The translations under genes were made by a program, and so were the position numbers. A model generated the notes under the pieces. The model had not been told where the DNA came from and did no database searches. It saw nothing but the letters and a program-made list of their open reading frames with translations. A DNA stretch of 64,000 nucleotides, from the NCBI GenBank assembly GCA_040756875.1, contig JBFLYH010000002.1, positions 863,078-927,077 on the forward strand. The letters run 5' to 3'. Shown here piece after piece: positions 38,758-48,643 of this stretch (position 1 is its first letter; each line of letters begins with the position of its first letter). The stretch comes from a candidate division FCPU426 bacterium. GTDB lineage: Bacteria; Oederibacteriota; JAAXVQ01; JAUVAV01.

Positions 38758-39144
38758 GTGTCGTCCCATCAGCGTGCGGAATCACATCCCGCGCGGTACA
38801 CCCTGAAAGTGCCGGGCACCGGCCGGCTGTGGCGGTGGGTGGCGTTCGGACTAGGCCCGCTCCTGCTCCTGGCGCTGCTGTTCTGGGGAGATAAAAGCGT
38901 TTTGCACATCTGGGCGCTCCTTCGTGAAGACCGGAACGCGCAGCGGCAGATCGAGACGCTCGAGACCAAAAACCAGCGGCTGCGCGGCCAAATCGGGGTT
39001 CTGCGCCAGGATCCCAAGGCCGTGGAACGGATCGCGCGCGAGGAACTTGGTTTTGTGAAACCGGACGAGATCGTGTACCGCTTCGTGCCCCCCCAACGCG
39101 GGGACGTTCCGCCGACGGTTCAGGAAAGCCGGGAAAAGCAATGA
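38758..39144 (+). CDS. ftsB: Septum formation initiator FtsB/DivIC family
   Basis: Single TM, coiled coil, VERIAREELGFVKPDEIVY. Confidence 0.85.
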   Translation: MSSHQRAESHPARYTLKVPGTGRLWRWVAFGLGPLLLLALLFWGDKSVLHIWALLREDRNAQRQIETLETKNQRLRGQIGVLRQDPKAVERIAREELGFVKPDEIVYRFVPPQRGDVPPTVQESREKQ

Positions 39145-39758
39145 ATTGGGAACGGGCCACGAGCGCGGACCGCGAAATCATCGGTCGTCAGATTCAGCGT
39201 CCGCCCCGCAACCTGCATGGTCTGGCGCTGCGCTGCGCGTGCCATTGCCCCAAGGTGACGGTCAATTACCCGCTGGGGCAGGGCGAAGCGGACGCGGCAT
39301 TTTTCCCTACCGTGTTTTGGCTGACCTGCCCCGAGGCCGTGCGCCGCGTCAGTCAGATCGAGGACCGCGGTTATATCTCCAAAATCCAGGACCACATTGA
39401 TCATAGCGCCGCGCTTTCCCAGGAGTTGCGGGACGCCCACATGGAATATATATTTGTCCGCCGTTCGTTGCTCGCGCCTGAAACGCGCCTGGCCCTGCGT
39501 GCGGAGCAGGCCGTGTGGGCGCCGCACGTGGAACAGCTCGGCATCGGGGGCGTGGCCGATCTGGCGGGCATCAAATGCCTGCACATGCATTACGCCCATT
39601 ATCTGGCCACCCACCACAACCCGGTGGGCAGGCTGGTGGACCACATGTTGCGCTTGATGCAAGAACGCTGGCAGTGCCAATGCTGCCAACAAATGCCCGA
39701 ACATGCCGGGGTGGCGGAATTGGCAGACGCAACGGACTTAAAATCCGTTGAACCGTAA
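39141..39758 (+). CDS. DUF501 family protein
   Basis: RQIQRPPR, FPTVFWLTCP, GIGG...IKCLHMHYAHYLA...NPVG; last 54 nt overlap tRNA-Leu. Confidence 0.85.
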   Translation: MNWERATSADREIIGRQIQRPPRNLHGLALRCACHCPKVTVNYPLGQGEADAAFFPTVFWLTCPEAVRRVSQIEDRGYISKIQDHIDHSAALSQELRDAHMEYIFVRRSLLAPETRLALRAEQAVWAPHVEQLGIGGVADLAGIKCLHMHYAHYLATHHNPVGRLVDHMLRLMQERWQCQCCQQMPEHAGVAELADATDLKSVEP

Positions 39759-39793
39759 GGTTCGTGCCGGTTCGATCCCGGCCCTCGGCACCA
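39705..39793 (+). tRNA. tRNA-Leu (TAA)
   Basis: Acceptor stem GCCGGGG/CCTCGGC, GGCAGAC D-loop, anticodon arm ACGGA-CTTAAAA-TCCGT, long variable arm, GGTTCGATCCC T-arm, encoded CCA. Confidence 0.96.
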
Positions 39794-39989
39794 GCGCCCC
39801 GCTTGCGCGGGGCGCAGAGCAGGTGAGCAGGCGAACAGGCGAGCAGTAGAATAAAGAAAAAGGCATGCGAACCCGCGGTCACCTGATCATCTGTTCAACT
39901 GTTCTCGCCGTAGGCGAGGGCCAGAGCAATTGAGCAAGTAGAGAAATCCCGGGCAATACAACCCTAAACAACCTCCCGAACATTTTCCG

Positions 39990-40046
39990 TTGACAAAAAC
40001 CCGACCCGGGTATATATTTCGTCTTCCGAATAGTTCGGATACCGAA
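39990..40046 (+). promoter_or_regulatory. Sigma70 promoter with overlapping palindromic operator (probable MarR site)
   Basis: TTGACA-N17-TATATT; TTCG-N5-CGAA at 40018-40030 and 40034-40046; TCCGAA-TAG-TTCGGA. Confidence 0.7.
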
Positions 40047-40069
40047 ATAAAACCGGAAGGACCCGCGCG

Positions 40070-40522
40070 GTGTCGGAACTGACCGAACAGGCGAAGTACC
40101 TGATCCAGCTCATGCCCCGGCTGCACAAGATGATCTCCGGCCGGGTCAGCTGGCCGCCGCACCCTCTGGCGCGGAAGCTGACCGTAAGCCAGATGCACGC
40201 CATGGGGTATCTCGCGGCCCGGGGGCCCCTGACCATGCGGGAACTGGCCCAGTGCTGCCAGATTGCCATGCCTTCGGCGAGCGAAACGGCGGACCGCTTG
40301 GTGCGGCTGGGCATGGCCCAGCGTAAATCCGATCCCCGGGACCGGCGGCGCGTGCGGCTGCAGGTCACGGCCAAAGGGCGGAAGGAATTCCTCGCCCAGC
40401 AGGCGTACGCCTGCAACCGGTTTACCAAGCTGCTGGATACGCTGGACGCCGGCGAACGCCGGCAGCTGTTGAACGCTTTTAAGATTATTGAACGGGTGCT
40501 GGCCCCCGGGAGGAAGCCATGA
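40070..40522 (+). CDS. MarR family transcriptional regulator
   Basis: LTVSQ, TMRELA, DRLVRLG, DPRDRRRVRLQVTAKG. Confidence 0.92.
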   Translation: MSELTEQAKYLIQLMPRLHKMISGRVSWPPHPLARKLTVSQMHAMGYLAARGPLTMRELAQCCQIAMPSASETADRLVRLGMAQRKSDPRDRRRVRLQVTAKGRKEFLAQQAYACNRFTKLLDTLDAGERRQLLNAFKIIERVLAPGRKP

Positions 40523-41886
40523 CGAAAAAAGTGTTGGCGCTGGCCGTGCTGCTGATTGGCGCTGGAGGAAGCCCGGTTTTGGCCGCGACCGACGCCGCGG
40601 GCAATACCGCAGGGGCCGTGCTGTCCTTCGAGCGGGCGCGCGACCTGGCGCAGGAATACAGCAAAACCTACCAGCAGGAACTGGCCAAGGAGCGCCAGGC
40701 CCAGTCGCGGTGGTGGCAGGCCCTGCTGGCCTTGGGGCCGACCGGGACTTTACAGGCCGGCTACATTCTCAAGAACAAACCCTCGACCATGACGATTGAC
40801 ACGAGCGCCTTCATGCCGCCCGGCTCGCCTGCGGCCACGCAGGAATTGGAATTGTCCAGCAACTATACCAGCGGACGGGTAATGTTGTCCCAGCCCCTGT
40901 TTACGGGCGGTAAACTGTACAGCGGGCTGGAAATGGCGGGGCTGCAGGCGGAATCGGCCCGCGATTCGGTCCGCTTGGCCGGCACCCAGTTGTACGTGGA
41001 CGCGGTCGAGGCGTATTACCAGGTGGTGCTCAACCAGCGTTCCCTGCAGGTGATGGAATCCTCGCTGGCTTCGCTGGAGCAGCATTTGGCGGTGGTCAAA
41101 GCCCGCTATCGCGAAGGCTTGGCCTCGAATTTTGAAGTCTTGCGTTCCCAGGTCCAGGTCGCCAACCTGAAGCCGTCGGTGCTTCGGATGCGTACGGCCC
41201 TGGCTCTCTCCAAGAACGCACTGGCCATGCTCACGGGCCTGCCCCTGGGCTCGCCCCTGGAAGTGGACGACCGGCTGGAGGTGGCCGCGGAAAGCTGGGC
41301 CACGCTGCCGGAATTGTTGGCCCGGGCGCAGGAGCGGCGCCTGGAACTAAAAAACCTGGAACGCAGCCAGCGTCTGGCCGGAATCGGCGTCCGCCTGGCC
41401 GCGACCGGCAACGTGCCCAACGTGGCGCTGACCGGAACCTGGAACTATTACGACACCGAGGACCGCGGATTTCCGCCGGCCGGGGAAAACCTCAAGCATT
41501 CCTGGGATGTCAGTTTGGGCCTGAGCTGGACCTTTTGGGACAATTTGTCCGCCCTGCCCAGAGCCCTGGAGGCCGAAGCCAAGGTGCAGGAAGCCGAACT
41601 GGGCCGTCAGGCCTTGGTGGACGGAATCCAGCAGCAGGTGGAGGCGGCCTACTTGACATTGACTGCCGCCCAGGAAACGTACCAGGCGCAGCAGCAGGCC
41701 GTGGATCTGGCGCGGGACAGTTACCGTCTGGCCGAGGTGCAGTATGCCAACGGCCAGGTGACCAATCTCGAGGTGCTGGATGCCCGCGTGGCTTTGAACC
41801 AGGCGGAATTGACGGCCTTGGAAACGCTGTATCAGTACCGTTTGGCAGGCGTCAAACTGCACCAGGCGGTCGGCGATACATTTTAA
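40519..41886 (+). CDS. TolC family outer-membrane efflux protein
   Basis: Signal peptide, LSQPLFTGG, RYREGLAS, QYANGQVTNLEVLDA. Confidence 0.9.
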   Translation: MTKKVLALAVLLIGAGGSPVLAATDAAGNTAGAVLSFERARDLAQEYSKTYQQELAKERQAQSRWWQALLALGPTGTLQAGYILKNKPSTMTIDTSAFMPPGSPAATQELELSSNYTSGRVMLSQPLFTGGKLYSGLEMAGLQAESARDSVRLAGTQLYVDAVEAYYQVVLNQRSLQVMESSLASLEQHLAVVKARYREGLASNFEVLRSQVQVANLKPSVLRMRTALALSKNALAMLTGLPLGSPLEVDDRLEVAAESWATLPELLARAQERRLELKNLERSQRLAGIGVRLAATGNVPNVALTGTWNYYDTEDRGFPPAGENLKHSWDVSLGLSWTFWDNLSALPRALEAEAKVQEAELGRQALVDGIQQQVEAAYLTLTAAQETYQAQQQAVDLARDSYRLAEVQYANGQVTNLEVLDARVALNQAELTALETLYQYRLAGVKLHQAVGDTF

Positions 41887-41928
41887 TTCACATCCCCCGT
41901 TGATTAAATGGATGGAAAGGGGCAACAC

Positions 41929-42855
41929 ATGGAAAAGCGAGTTCGTAAAAGCAAAAGAACTTTGTGGATCATCATCGCCGCGGTGGTGCTGGCTTTGTTT
42001 ATCGCCGGACGGATTATAAGCAAACAGCATAAAGCCAAGACAGTCGCGGAACTGCCGATCGCGGTCAGGGTGATGAATCCCAAAGTCGGGCCGGTGTATG
42101 ACCGGATCAGCGTTTCCGGCACGGTCTCGGCCAAGGAAGAGGCGAATGCCTATTCCAAGGTGCCGGGCAAACTCCTGCGCTACGTGAAAGCCGAGGGCGA
42201 CTGGGTCCGCAAGGACCAGGTGGTGGCCTGGGTGGAGCGCGACGAGGTGGGGCTGACCTACGAACCCGCGCCGGTCAAAGCGCCGATCGCCGGTCAGGTC
42301 GCCCAGCGCTTCCTGGAAATCGGGACCGCGGTTTCAGCCGGCATGGGCGGCCCGGGAACACCCGTGGCACTGATCGTCAATCCCGGGCAATTGGAAGTCA
42401 AGGTCAATGTCATCGAAAAAGACGCGGCCCGCGTGCAGCCAGGCCAGGAGGCGTTGGTGCGGGTGGACGCCTATCCAACCGAGGTTTTTCGCGGCCGGAT
42501 CGACCGGGTTTCGCCCGTGGTGGACCGTATGACGCGCACCACCTTGGTCGTGGTCAGGCTGGAATCCCCGGAGGGGAAGCTGAAATCCGGGATGTTTGCG
42601 GACGTGGAACTGATCGTGGGCCAGAAGCCGAGCAGCCTGCTGCTGCCCCGGGAGGCGGTTTTAAAACAAAACCAGCAGTACTATGTGTATGTGGTGGAGA
42701 AAGACCGCGCCATCCGCCGTGAGGTCAAGCCCGGCTGGCCGCAGGACGCGGAGACGGAAATCCTGAACGGAATCGCGCCCCAGGACCGCGTGGTCGTGGA
42801 AGGGCAAACCCGGCTGACCGCCGATTCGCGCGTGCAGGTGCTGGAAGGAGAATAA
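41929..42855 (+). CDS. RND efflux periplasmic adaptor (MFP)
   Basis: N-terminal TM, EGDWVRKDQ, VKAPIAG, LKSGMFA; alternative start 41908. Confidence 0.9.
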   Translation: MEKRVRKSKRTLWIIIAAVVLALFIAGRIISKQHKAKTVAELPIAVRVMNPKVGPVYDRISVSGTVSAKEEANAYSKVPGKLLRYVKAEGDWVRKDQVVAWVERDEVGLTYEPAPVKAPIAGQVAQRFLEIGTAVSAGMGGPGTPVALIVNPGQLEVKVNVIEKDAARVQPGQEALVRVDAYPTEVFRGRIDRVSPVVDRMTRTTLVVVRLESPEGKLKSGMFADVELIVGQKPSSLLLPREAVLKQNQQYYVYVVEKDRAIRREVKPGWPQDAETEILNGIAPQDRVVVEGQTRLTADSRVQVLEGE

Positions 42856-42859
42856 CGCC

Positions 42860-45800
42860 ATGTTTCTGTCCCGCTTCGGCATCCGACGGCCCCTGACCGT
42901 CTTCATGATCTTTACCGGCGTGATCGTGCTGGGCCTGATCTCGCTGCAAAACCTGAAAATCGACCTGTTCCCCGAGATGAGTTTTCCCATGATCGCCGTG
43001 GTGACGAATTACAGCGGCGTGGGGCCGCAGGAAATGGAGAGCATGGTCACCAAGCCCATCGAAGGCGTGCTGGCGACCGTCACGGACATCAAAAACGTCA
43101 CGTCAAAATCCCTGCAGGAAATCTCCGTGGTCATGCTGGAGTTCGATTGGGGAACCAACATGGACGTGGCCTCGACCAACGCCCGGGAAAAAATCGACCT
43201 CGTCCGGCGCTTTCTCCCGGACGGCATCGACAATCCCATGATCATCAAGTTCGACCCGTCCATGATGCCCGTGCTGTTTTTGGGGGTGTCCAGCCAGGAC
43301 CGGGGCCTGGACGAACTGCGCAGCCTGGCGGAAGACACGATCAGCCAGCGCCTGGCGCGCATCAACGGCGTGGCCGTGGTGTCCGCGGCCGGCGGCTTGG
43401 AGCGCGAGATCCAGGTGCGCCTGGACCGGAACCGCCTGGAGGGCGCGGGGTTGTCCCTGGAGCAGGTCAAAATGGCTCTGGCCGCCGCCAACCTCGACCT
43501 GCCCGGCGGGCACCTGAAGATCGGCGCTACGGACTTTTTGGTCCGCACCACGGGTGAATTCAAGACCGTGGACGAAATCGCGGATACGGTCATCGGCAGC
43601 CCGCGCGGCGTGCCCCTGCGGCTGCGCGACGTGGCCGAGGTCAAGGACGACTACATTGAGAACACCTCGGTGCTGAAGATCAACGGCAGGCCGGGCGTAC
43701 TGGTGCAGATTCAAAAGGCTTCCTCGGCCAATACCGTGCAAGTGGCGCAGCGCGTGCGCAAGGAGCTGGCCAAACTCCAGGCGGACATGCCGAACGGGGT
43801 GACGATCACCACCATCTTTGATTCGGCCAAGGACATTGAAGCATCCATCAACGGCGTCAAGCAGGAGGTGCTGATCGGCGGGATTTTAGCCATCATCCTG
43901 ATCCTGGTGTTTCTCGGCAACTGGCGGAGCACGTTCATCGTTTCCCTGGCGATACCGATTTCCATCGTCGCCACGTTTGCCCTGCTGTATTTCGCCAATA
44001 TGACCCTGAATATCGCCACACTGGGCGGGTTGGCCCTGGGCGTGGGCCGCCTGGTGGACGACGCCATCGTGGTGCTGGAGAACATCTACCGCCACATGCA
44101 GGCCGGTGAGCGGCCCCGGGAGGCGTCGCTCTTGGGCGCGGCCGAGGTCAGCAACGCGGTCATCGCGGCCACGGTGACGACCATCGTGGTGTTCGTGCCG
44201 ATCCTGTTCGTCACCGGCCTGGCGGGCATCATCTTCAAACCCATGGCATATACGGTTTCCTTTTCGCTGTTCGCCTCGCTGTTCGTGGCCCTGATGCTCA
44301 TTCCGGTCCTGACGTCCAAATTTCTGCGGGCCGAGGTGATTTGCGAACCCAAGCCCGAGGAACTCAAAGGCTGGACCAAATGGCCGGCCTGGCTGCATTG
44401 CCGCTTTGCAGAAGGGTTGGAACGCGTGACCGCGTGGTATCAGCGGATGCTGGAGCAGGCGCTAAACCGGCGGCGCCGCGTGATTCTGGCCACCGTGGGC
44501 ATCGCCTTCGCGAGCCTGTTCCTTCTCCCCCTGATCGGCATGGAATTCATTCCGGTGGCGGACGAGGGCGCGATCGAAATGACCTTTAAACTGCCCATCG
44601 GCGTCCGGCTTGAGGAATCTGAAAAAGCGTTGAATCAAATCCAAAAGATCCTGGAAGAAGAAGTGCCGGAGATGGAGGATAATTTCGCCCGCGTGGGCGT
44701 GGAAGGCCGCGGCATGGGCGCCATGGCGTCCATTTTCGGTGGCATTACGGGCAGCCACGCGGGCAACATGCGCGTCCAGTTGGTCGAAAAAGGCAAGCGC
44801 CGGCGGAGCACGGACGAAATCGTGGAAGTACTGCGCCGGAAGTTTTCCCGCATTCCGGGGCTGGACTGCAAGGTCAGCGTTGACCAGGGCATGGGCAGTT
44901 TCGGGAGCACGGCGCCCATCGTGGTCGAAATCCAGGGGTATGACCTGATTACAGCCCGCGACCTGTCCCAAAAGATCGTAGCTATCATGGGAAAGGTCAA
45001 GGGCGCGCGGGACCCCGAAGTGTCGCGCGAGGAAGGGCTGCCGGAAATGCAGATCGACATCAACCGCCAGCGGGCCGCGGACCTGGGCCTTTCCGTGGCG
45101 CAGGTGGCTGGCGCGATCGAAACCGCCATGGCCGGCAAAGTGGCGGCCATTTACCGCGATCCGGTCAAAGGCAAGGAATATAATATTCTGGTGCGCTATC
45201 AGGAGAAGTACCGCCGCACCCTGCAGGACCTCGACCGCGTGACCATTACCACGCCGGCCGGCGTCAAGATCCCGCTCTCGAACGTCGCCTCCCTGCGCCA
45301 GGGGGAGGGGCCGGTGACCATTGACCGCAAAAACCAGGAGCGCATCATCACGGTCAGCGCGCAGGTCAGCGGCCGCGCGCCCGGCGACGTGGCCGCGGAA
45401 ATCCAGCGCCGCATCCGCACCGAGATCACCATTCCCGACCAGTTCACGGTCAAGGTGGCGGGCACCTACCAGGACATGCAGGACGCGTTCCGCAACCTGC
45501 TGTTCGCCCTGGGCCTGGCGATTCTGCTGGTGTACATGGTCCTGGTGGCGCAGTTCGAATCGCTGATGGATCCCTTCATTATTATGTTCGCCGTGCCGCT
45601 GGGCGTTGTGGGCGTGATCTGGGGGCTGTTTTTAACCGGACACACCCTGTCCACCGTCTCCTTCCTCGGCATCATCATGATGTCCGGCATCGTGGTCTCG
45701 AACAGCATTCTGCTCGTGGATTACACCAACATCCTCCGCCGCCGGGGCAAGCCCCTGCGGGAGGCGGTGGTCGAGGCCGGCCGCACCCGCCTGCGGCCCA

Positions 45801-46003
45801 TTCTCATGACCACGCTGACCACCATTCTCGGCATGCTGCCCATGGCCATGGGCTGGAGCGAAGGCGGCGAGACCGAGGCGCCCATGGCGGTGGCCGTGAT
45901 CTTCGGCCTGGGGTTGTCCACGGTGCTGACCCTGGTGGTGATTCCGGTGCTATATACGATTTTCGAGCAGCGCTTGAAGCGCTTCGAGCAAGTATCTCTG
46001 TAA
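42860..46003 (+). CDS. AcrB/HAE1 family RND efflux permease
   Basis: RRPLTV, IDLFP, GRLVDDAIVVLENI, GIVVSNSILLVD, RLRPILMTT. Confidence 0.95.
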   Translation: MFLSRFGIRRPLTVFMIFTGVIVLGLISLQNLKIDLFPEMSFPMIAVVTNYSGVGPQEMESMVTKPIEGVLATVTDIKNVTSKSLQEISVVMLEFDWGTNMDVASTNAREKIDLVRRFLPDGIDNPMIIKFDPSMMPVLFLGVSSQDRGLDELRSLAEDTISQRLARINGVAVVSAAGGLEREIQVRLDRNRLEGAGLSLEQVKMALAAANLDLPGGHLKIGATDFLVRTTGEFKTVDEIADTVIGSPRGVPLRLRDVAEVKDDYIENTSVLKINGRPGVLVQIQKASSANTVQVAQRVRKELAKLQADMPNGVTITTIFDSAKDIEASINGVKQEVLIGGILAIILILVFLGNWRSTFIVSLAIPISIVATFALLYFANMTLNIATLGGLALGVGRLVDDAIVVLENIYRHMQAGERPREASLLGAAEVSNAVIAATVTTIVVFVPILFVTGLAGIIFKPMAYTVSFSLFASLFVALMLIPVLTSKFLRAEVICEPKPEELKGWTKWPAWLHCRFAEGLERVTAWYQRMLEQALNRRRRVILATVGIAFASLFLLPLIGMEFIPVADEGAIEMTFKLPIGVRLEESEKALNQIQKILEEEVPEMEDNFARVGVEGRGMGAMASIFGGITGSHAGNMRVQLVEKGKRRRSTDEIVEVLRRKFSRIPGLDCKVSVDQGMGSFGSTAPIVVEIQGYDLITARDLSQKIVAIMGKVKGARDPEVSREEGLPEMQIDINRQRAADLGLSVAQVAGAIETAMAGKVAAIYRDPVKGKEYNILVRYQEKYRRTLQDLDRVTITTPAGVKIPLSNVASLRQGEGPVTIDRKNQERIITVSAQVSGRAPGDVAAEIQRRIRTEITIPDQFTVKVAGTYQDMQDAFRNLLFALGLAILLVYMVLVAQFESLMDPFIIMFAVPLGVVGVIWGLFLTGHTLSTVSFLGIIMMSGIVVSNSILLVDYTNILRRRGKPLREAVVEAGRTRLRPILMTTLTTILGMLPMAMGWSEGGETEAPMAVAVIFGLGLSTVLTLVVIPVLYTIFEQRLKRFEQVSL

Positions 46004-46018
46004 GGGGAGCGTGTCTGC

Positions 46019-46345
46019 ATGCCGACCCAATCTGGTACCCGGTCTCCCAAAGCCAAACTCAACCTGTACTGGCTGATTTTCAATGTGGCCCTGGAAACCG
46101 ATGTCAAGCAACTGCTGGCCACGTTCGAGCTCAAGGCCTTTTCCCGCTGGGACGAAGTCAAAGGCAGCGGCCGGTCCGGCCCGCACCTCAATGACGAAGT
46201 CTGGCCCATGGTGAACGCGCTCTATGTGTTCGCGGCGCCGGCCAGCCTGGAAGCCAGGCTGGCGCGGGCCGTGGAAGCCATCCGCAAGCAGTTCCCGGGC
46301 GAAGGCATCAAGCTGATCGTCCAGCCCTGCTCGGCCGTGCATTGA
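46019..46345 (+). CDS. RND transporter-associated PII-like protein (PG0541-like)
   Basis: [27 protein letters not shown] motif directly after the RND permease. Confidence 0.7.
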   Translation: MPTQSGTRSPKAKLNLYWLIFNVALETDVKQLLATFELKAFSRWDEVKGSGRSGPHLNDEVWPMVNALYVFAAPASLEARLARAVEAIRKQFPGEGIKLIVQPCSAVH

Positions 46346-46448
46346 TCCTTCTCCCCCGGGCAGGCGACCCCGGACCTATTTCTTGCATTTTCACGCCAAA
46401 AAGCGGACAATGTCAGCCGCATCAAATCCCCGGACAAGGAGCGGCTCC

Positions 46449-48089
46449 ATGTCTTCCCTGACCTCCTCCCCGGCCTGGCAGGCCCTGCAGGCTCATTATC
46501 AAAAAATCAAGGACGCTCAGATGCGGGACCTGTTCAGCCAGGACCCCGGGCGGTTCAACAAATTCTCGGCGTCTTTCGGCGGCCTGCTTTTGGATTATTC
46601 GAAAAACCGGGTCACCGCCGAAACCCTGAAACTGCTGTTCGCGCTCGCCGAGCAGGCCGGGCTCAAGGCCAGGATCGAGGCCATGTTCAGCGGCGAAAAG
46701 ATCAACGTGACGGAGAACCGGGCCGTACTGCACGTCGCCCTGCGCAACCGCTCCAGCCGCCCGATCCGGGTGGACGGGCAGGATGTGATGCCCGGCGTCA
46801 ACCGTGTGCTGACCCATATGCGCCAATTCAGCGAAGCCGTGCGCAGCGGCGCCTGGACCGGCTACACCGGGCAGCCCATCCGCGACGTGGTCAACCTCGG
46901 CATCGGCGGTTCGGATCTGGGCCCCCAGATGGCGGTCCTGGCCCTGACGCCGTATATCCATCCGCGCCTGCGGTTTCATTTCGTATCCAACGTGGACGGC
47001 ACGCACCTGGCCGAGGTGCTCAAGCGGGTCGAGCCCGAGACCACGCTTTTTCTCGTCGCCTCCAAGACCTTCACCACCCTGGAAACCATGACCAACGCCC
47101 ACAGCGCCCGGGACTGGTTCCTGAAAGCCGCCGGCCGCGAAGAGGCGGTGGCCAAGCATTTCGCGGCCATCTCCACCAACACCGCGGCTGTAACGCAGTT
47201 CGGCATTTTACCGGAAAATATGTTCGAGTTTTGGGACTGGGTGGGAGGCCGCTATTCCCTGTGGTCGGCCATCGGCCTTTCGATCGCCATCGCCGTGGGC
47301 ATGGACTCCTTCGAGGAACTCCTCGCCGGCGCGCACGCGATGGACGGGCATTTCCGGCAGGCCCCCTTGGCCGAAAACCTGCCCGTGCTCATGGCGCTGC
47401 TGGGCGTTTGGTACACGGACTTCTTCGGCGCGGCCACGCATGCGGTCCTGCCTTATGACCAGTATCTGTCCCGCTTTCCGGCGTACCTCCAGCAAGGCGA
47501 CATGGAGAGCAACGGCAAGCGCGTCACCCTGCAGGGCGAATGGACGGATTATGCCACCGGCCCGGTCATCTGGGGCGAGCCGGGCACCAACGGGCAACAC
47601 GCGTTCTATCAGTTGCTCCATCAGGGGACGCACCTCATTCCCTGCGATTTCCTGGCCCCTGTGAATTCGCACAACCCCATGGGAGACCACCACGTCCTGC
47701 TGATCGCCAATTTCCTTGCGCAAACCGAAGCGCTCATGCGCGGCAAAACCGAGACCGAAGCCAGGCAGGAATTGGCCGCCAAGGTCACAGGCCCCCGCCT
47801 GGACCTGTTGGCCCGCGCCAAGACCTTTCCCGGAAACCTGCCGACCAACACCCTTTTCTTCAAGCGCCTGGATCCGCGGACCCTGGGCATGCTGATCGCT
47901 CTGTACGAACATAAAATTTTCACCCAGGGCGTTATATGGAACGTCAATTCTTTCGACCAGATGGGTGTGGAATTGGGCAAAGTACTGGCCCTGGCCATTG
48001 TGCCGGAATTGAAGGGGACTAAATCCATGGGGACGCACGATGCGTCTACTATGGGGCTTATACAGTACTATCTGGAACATAAAGCCTGA
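46449..48089 (+). CDS. pgi: Glucose-6-phosphate isomerase
   Basis: [51 protein letters not shown]. Confidence 0.97.
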   Translation: MSSLTSSPAWQALQAHYQKIKDAQMRDLFSQDPGRFNKFSASFGGLLLDYSKNRVTAETLKLLFALAEQAGLKARIEAMFSGEKINVTENRAVLHVALRNRSSRPIRVDGQDVMPGVNRVLTHMRQFSEAVRSGAWTGYTGQPIRDVVNLGIGGSDLGPQMAVLALTPYIHPRLRFHFVSNVDGTHLAEVLKRVEPETTLFLVASKTFTTLETMTNAHSARDWFLKAAGREEAVAKHFAAISTNTAAVTQFGILPENMFEFWDWVGGRYSLWSAIGLSIAIAVGMDSFEELLAGAHAMDGHFRQAPLAENLPVLMALLGVWYTDFFGAATHAVLPYDQYLSRFPAYLQQGDMESNGKRVTLQGEWTDYATGPVIWGEPGTNGQHAFYQLLHQGTHLIPCDFLAPVNSHNPMGDHHVLLIANFLAQTEALMRGKTETEARQELAAKVTGPRLDLLARAKTFPGNLPTNTLFFKRLDPRTLGMLIALYEHKIFTQGVIWNVNSFDQMGVELGKVLALAIVPELKGTKSMGTHDASTMGLIQYYLEHKA

Positions 48090-48261
48090 AAATCCCTTGA
48101 AATTCGCCTAAAATCCGCTGCCGGGACTTTTTCCCGGCCTCTGAAAAACCCTTTTGTTTCAAACACATTCTCAAAGGGGATTTGAATCCGGCCCATTTGT
48201 TTTCCGCGAATTTCTATGCTATACTTACTATCAAGCAGATCAGAGAGGCAGGTGAGACGCC

Positions 48262-48465
48262 ATGATCCCCAAGCCCGAAACCGATAACAATTACTTGCTC
48301 CTCCTGAATAAATCCTCATTGGATCTGGTCCGCGCCACGGAGCGCCAGCGCCTGCGCCAGGCCTTGGCCAAGGCAGTCATGAAACAAAGCCAGCAGTTGG
48401 AGCCGTTGCTCCAGTTTTTAAAAGAGCGCTGGCCATCCCATCAGGCTGTTTTTTATAGAAATTAA
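48262..48465 (+). CDS. Small hypothetical protein (67 aa)
   Basis: TGnTATACT -10 and GAGG/GGTGA RBS upstream; GC-biased third positions; fills the pgi-gpmA gap. Confidence 0.5.
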   Translation: MIPKPETDNNYLLLLNKSSLDLVRATERQRLRQALAKAVMKQSQQLEPLLQFLKERWPSHQAVFYRN

Positions 48466-48643
48466 AGGCGTTTTCCGCCAGGTTCTCATGTGCCGCCTGC
48501 ACCCGCTGCAGGCGGTTTTTTTTATCCCTGCCAGGAAGAATACCCCGGGGTTCTTTCAGTCGCCAGCAGAGGAATGCGGCTTGGGCCTTGCAATCCAGCT
48601 CGCTAATGCTATAATGCCTGCACTTTTCTAGAGGAGGACTGGG

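Noticed and set aside
39816-39945. CRISPR array
   Set aside because: Units are 8 bp with no spacers, and there are no cas genes in the window.
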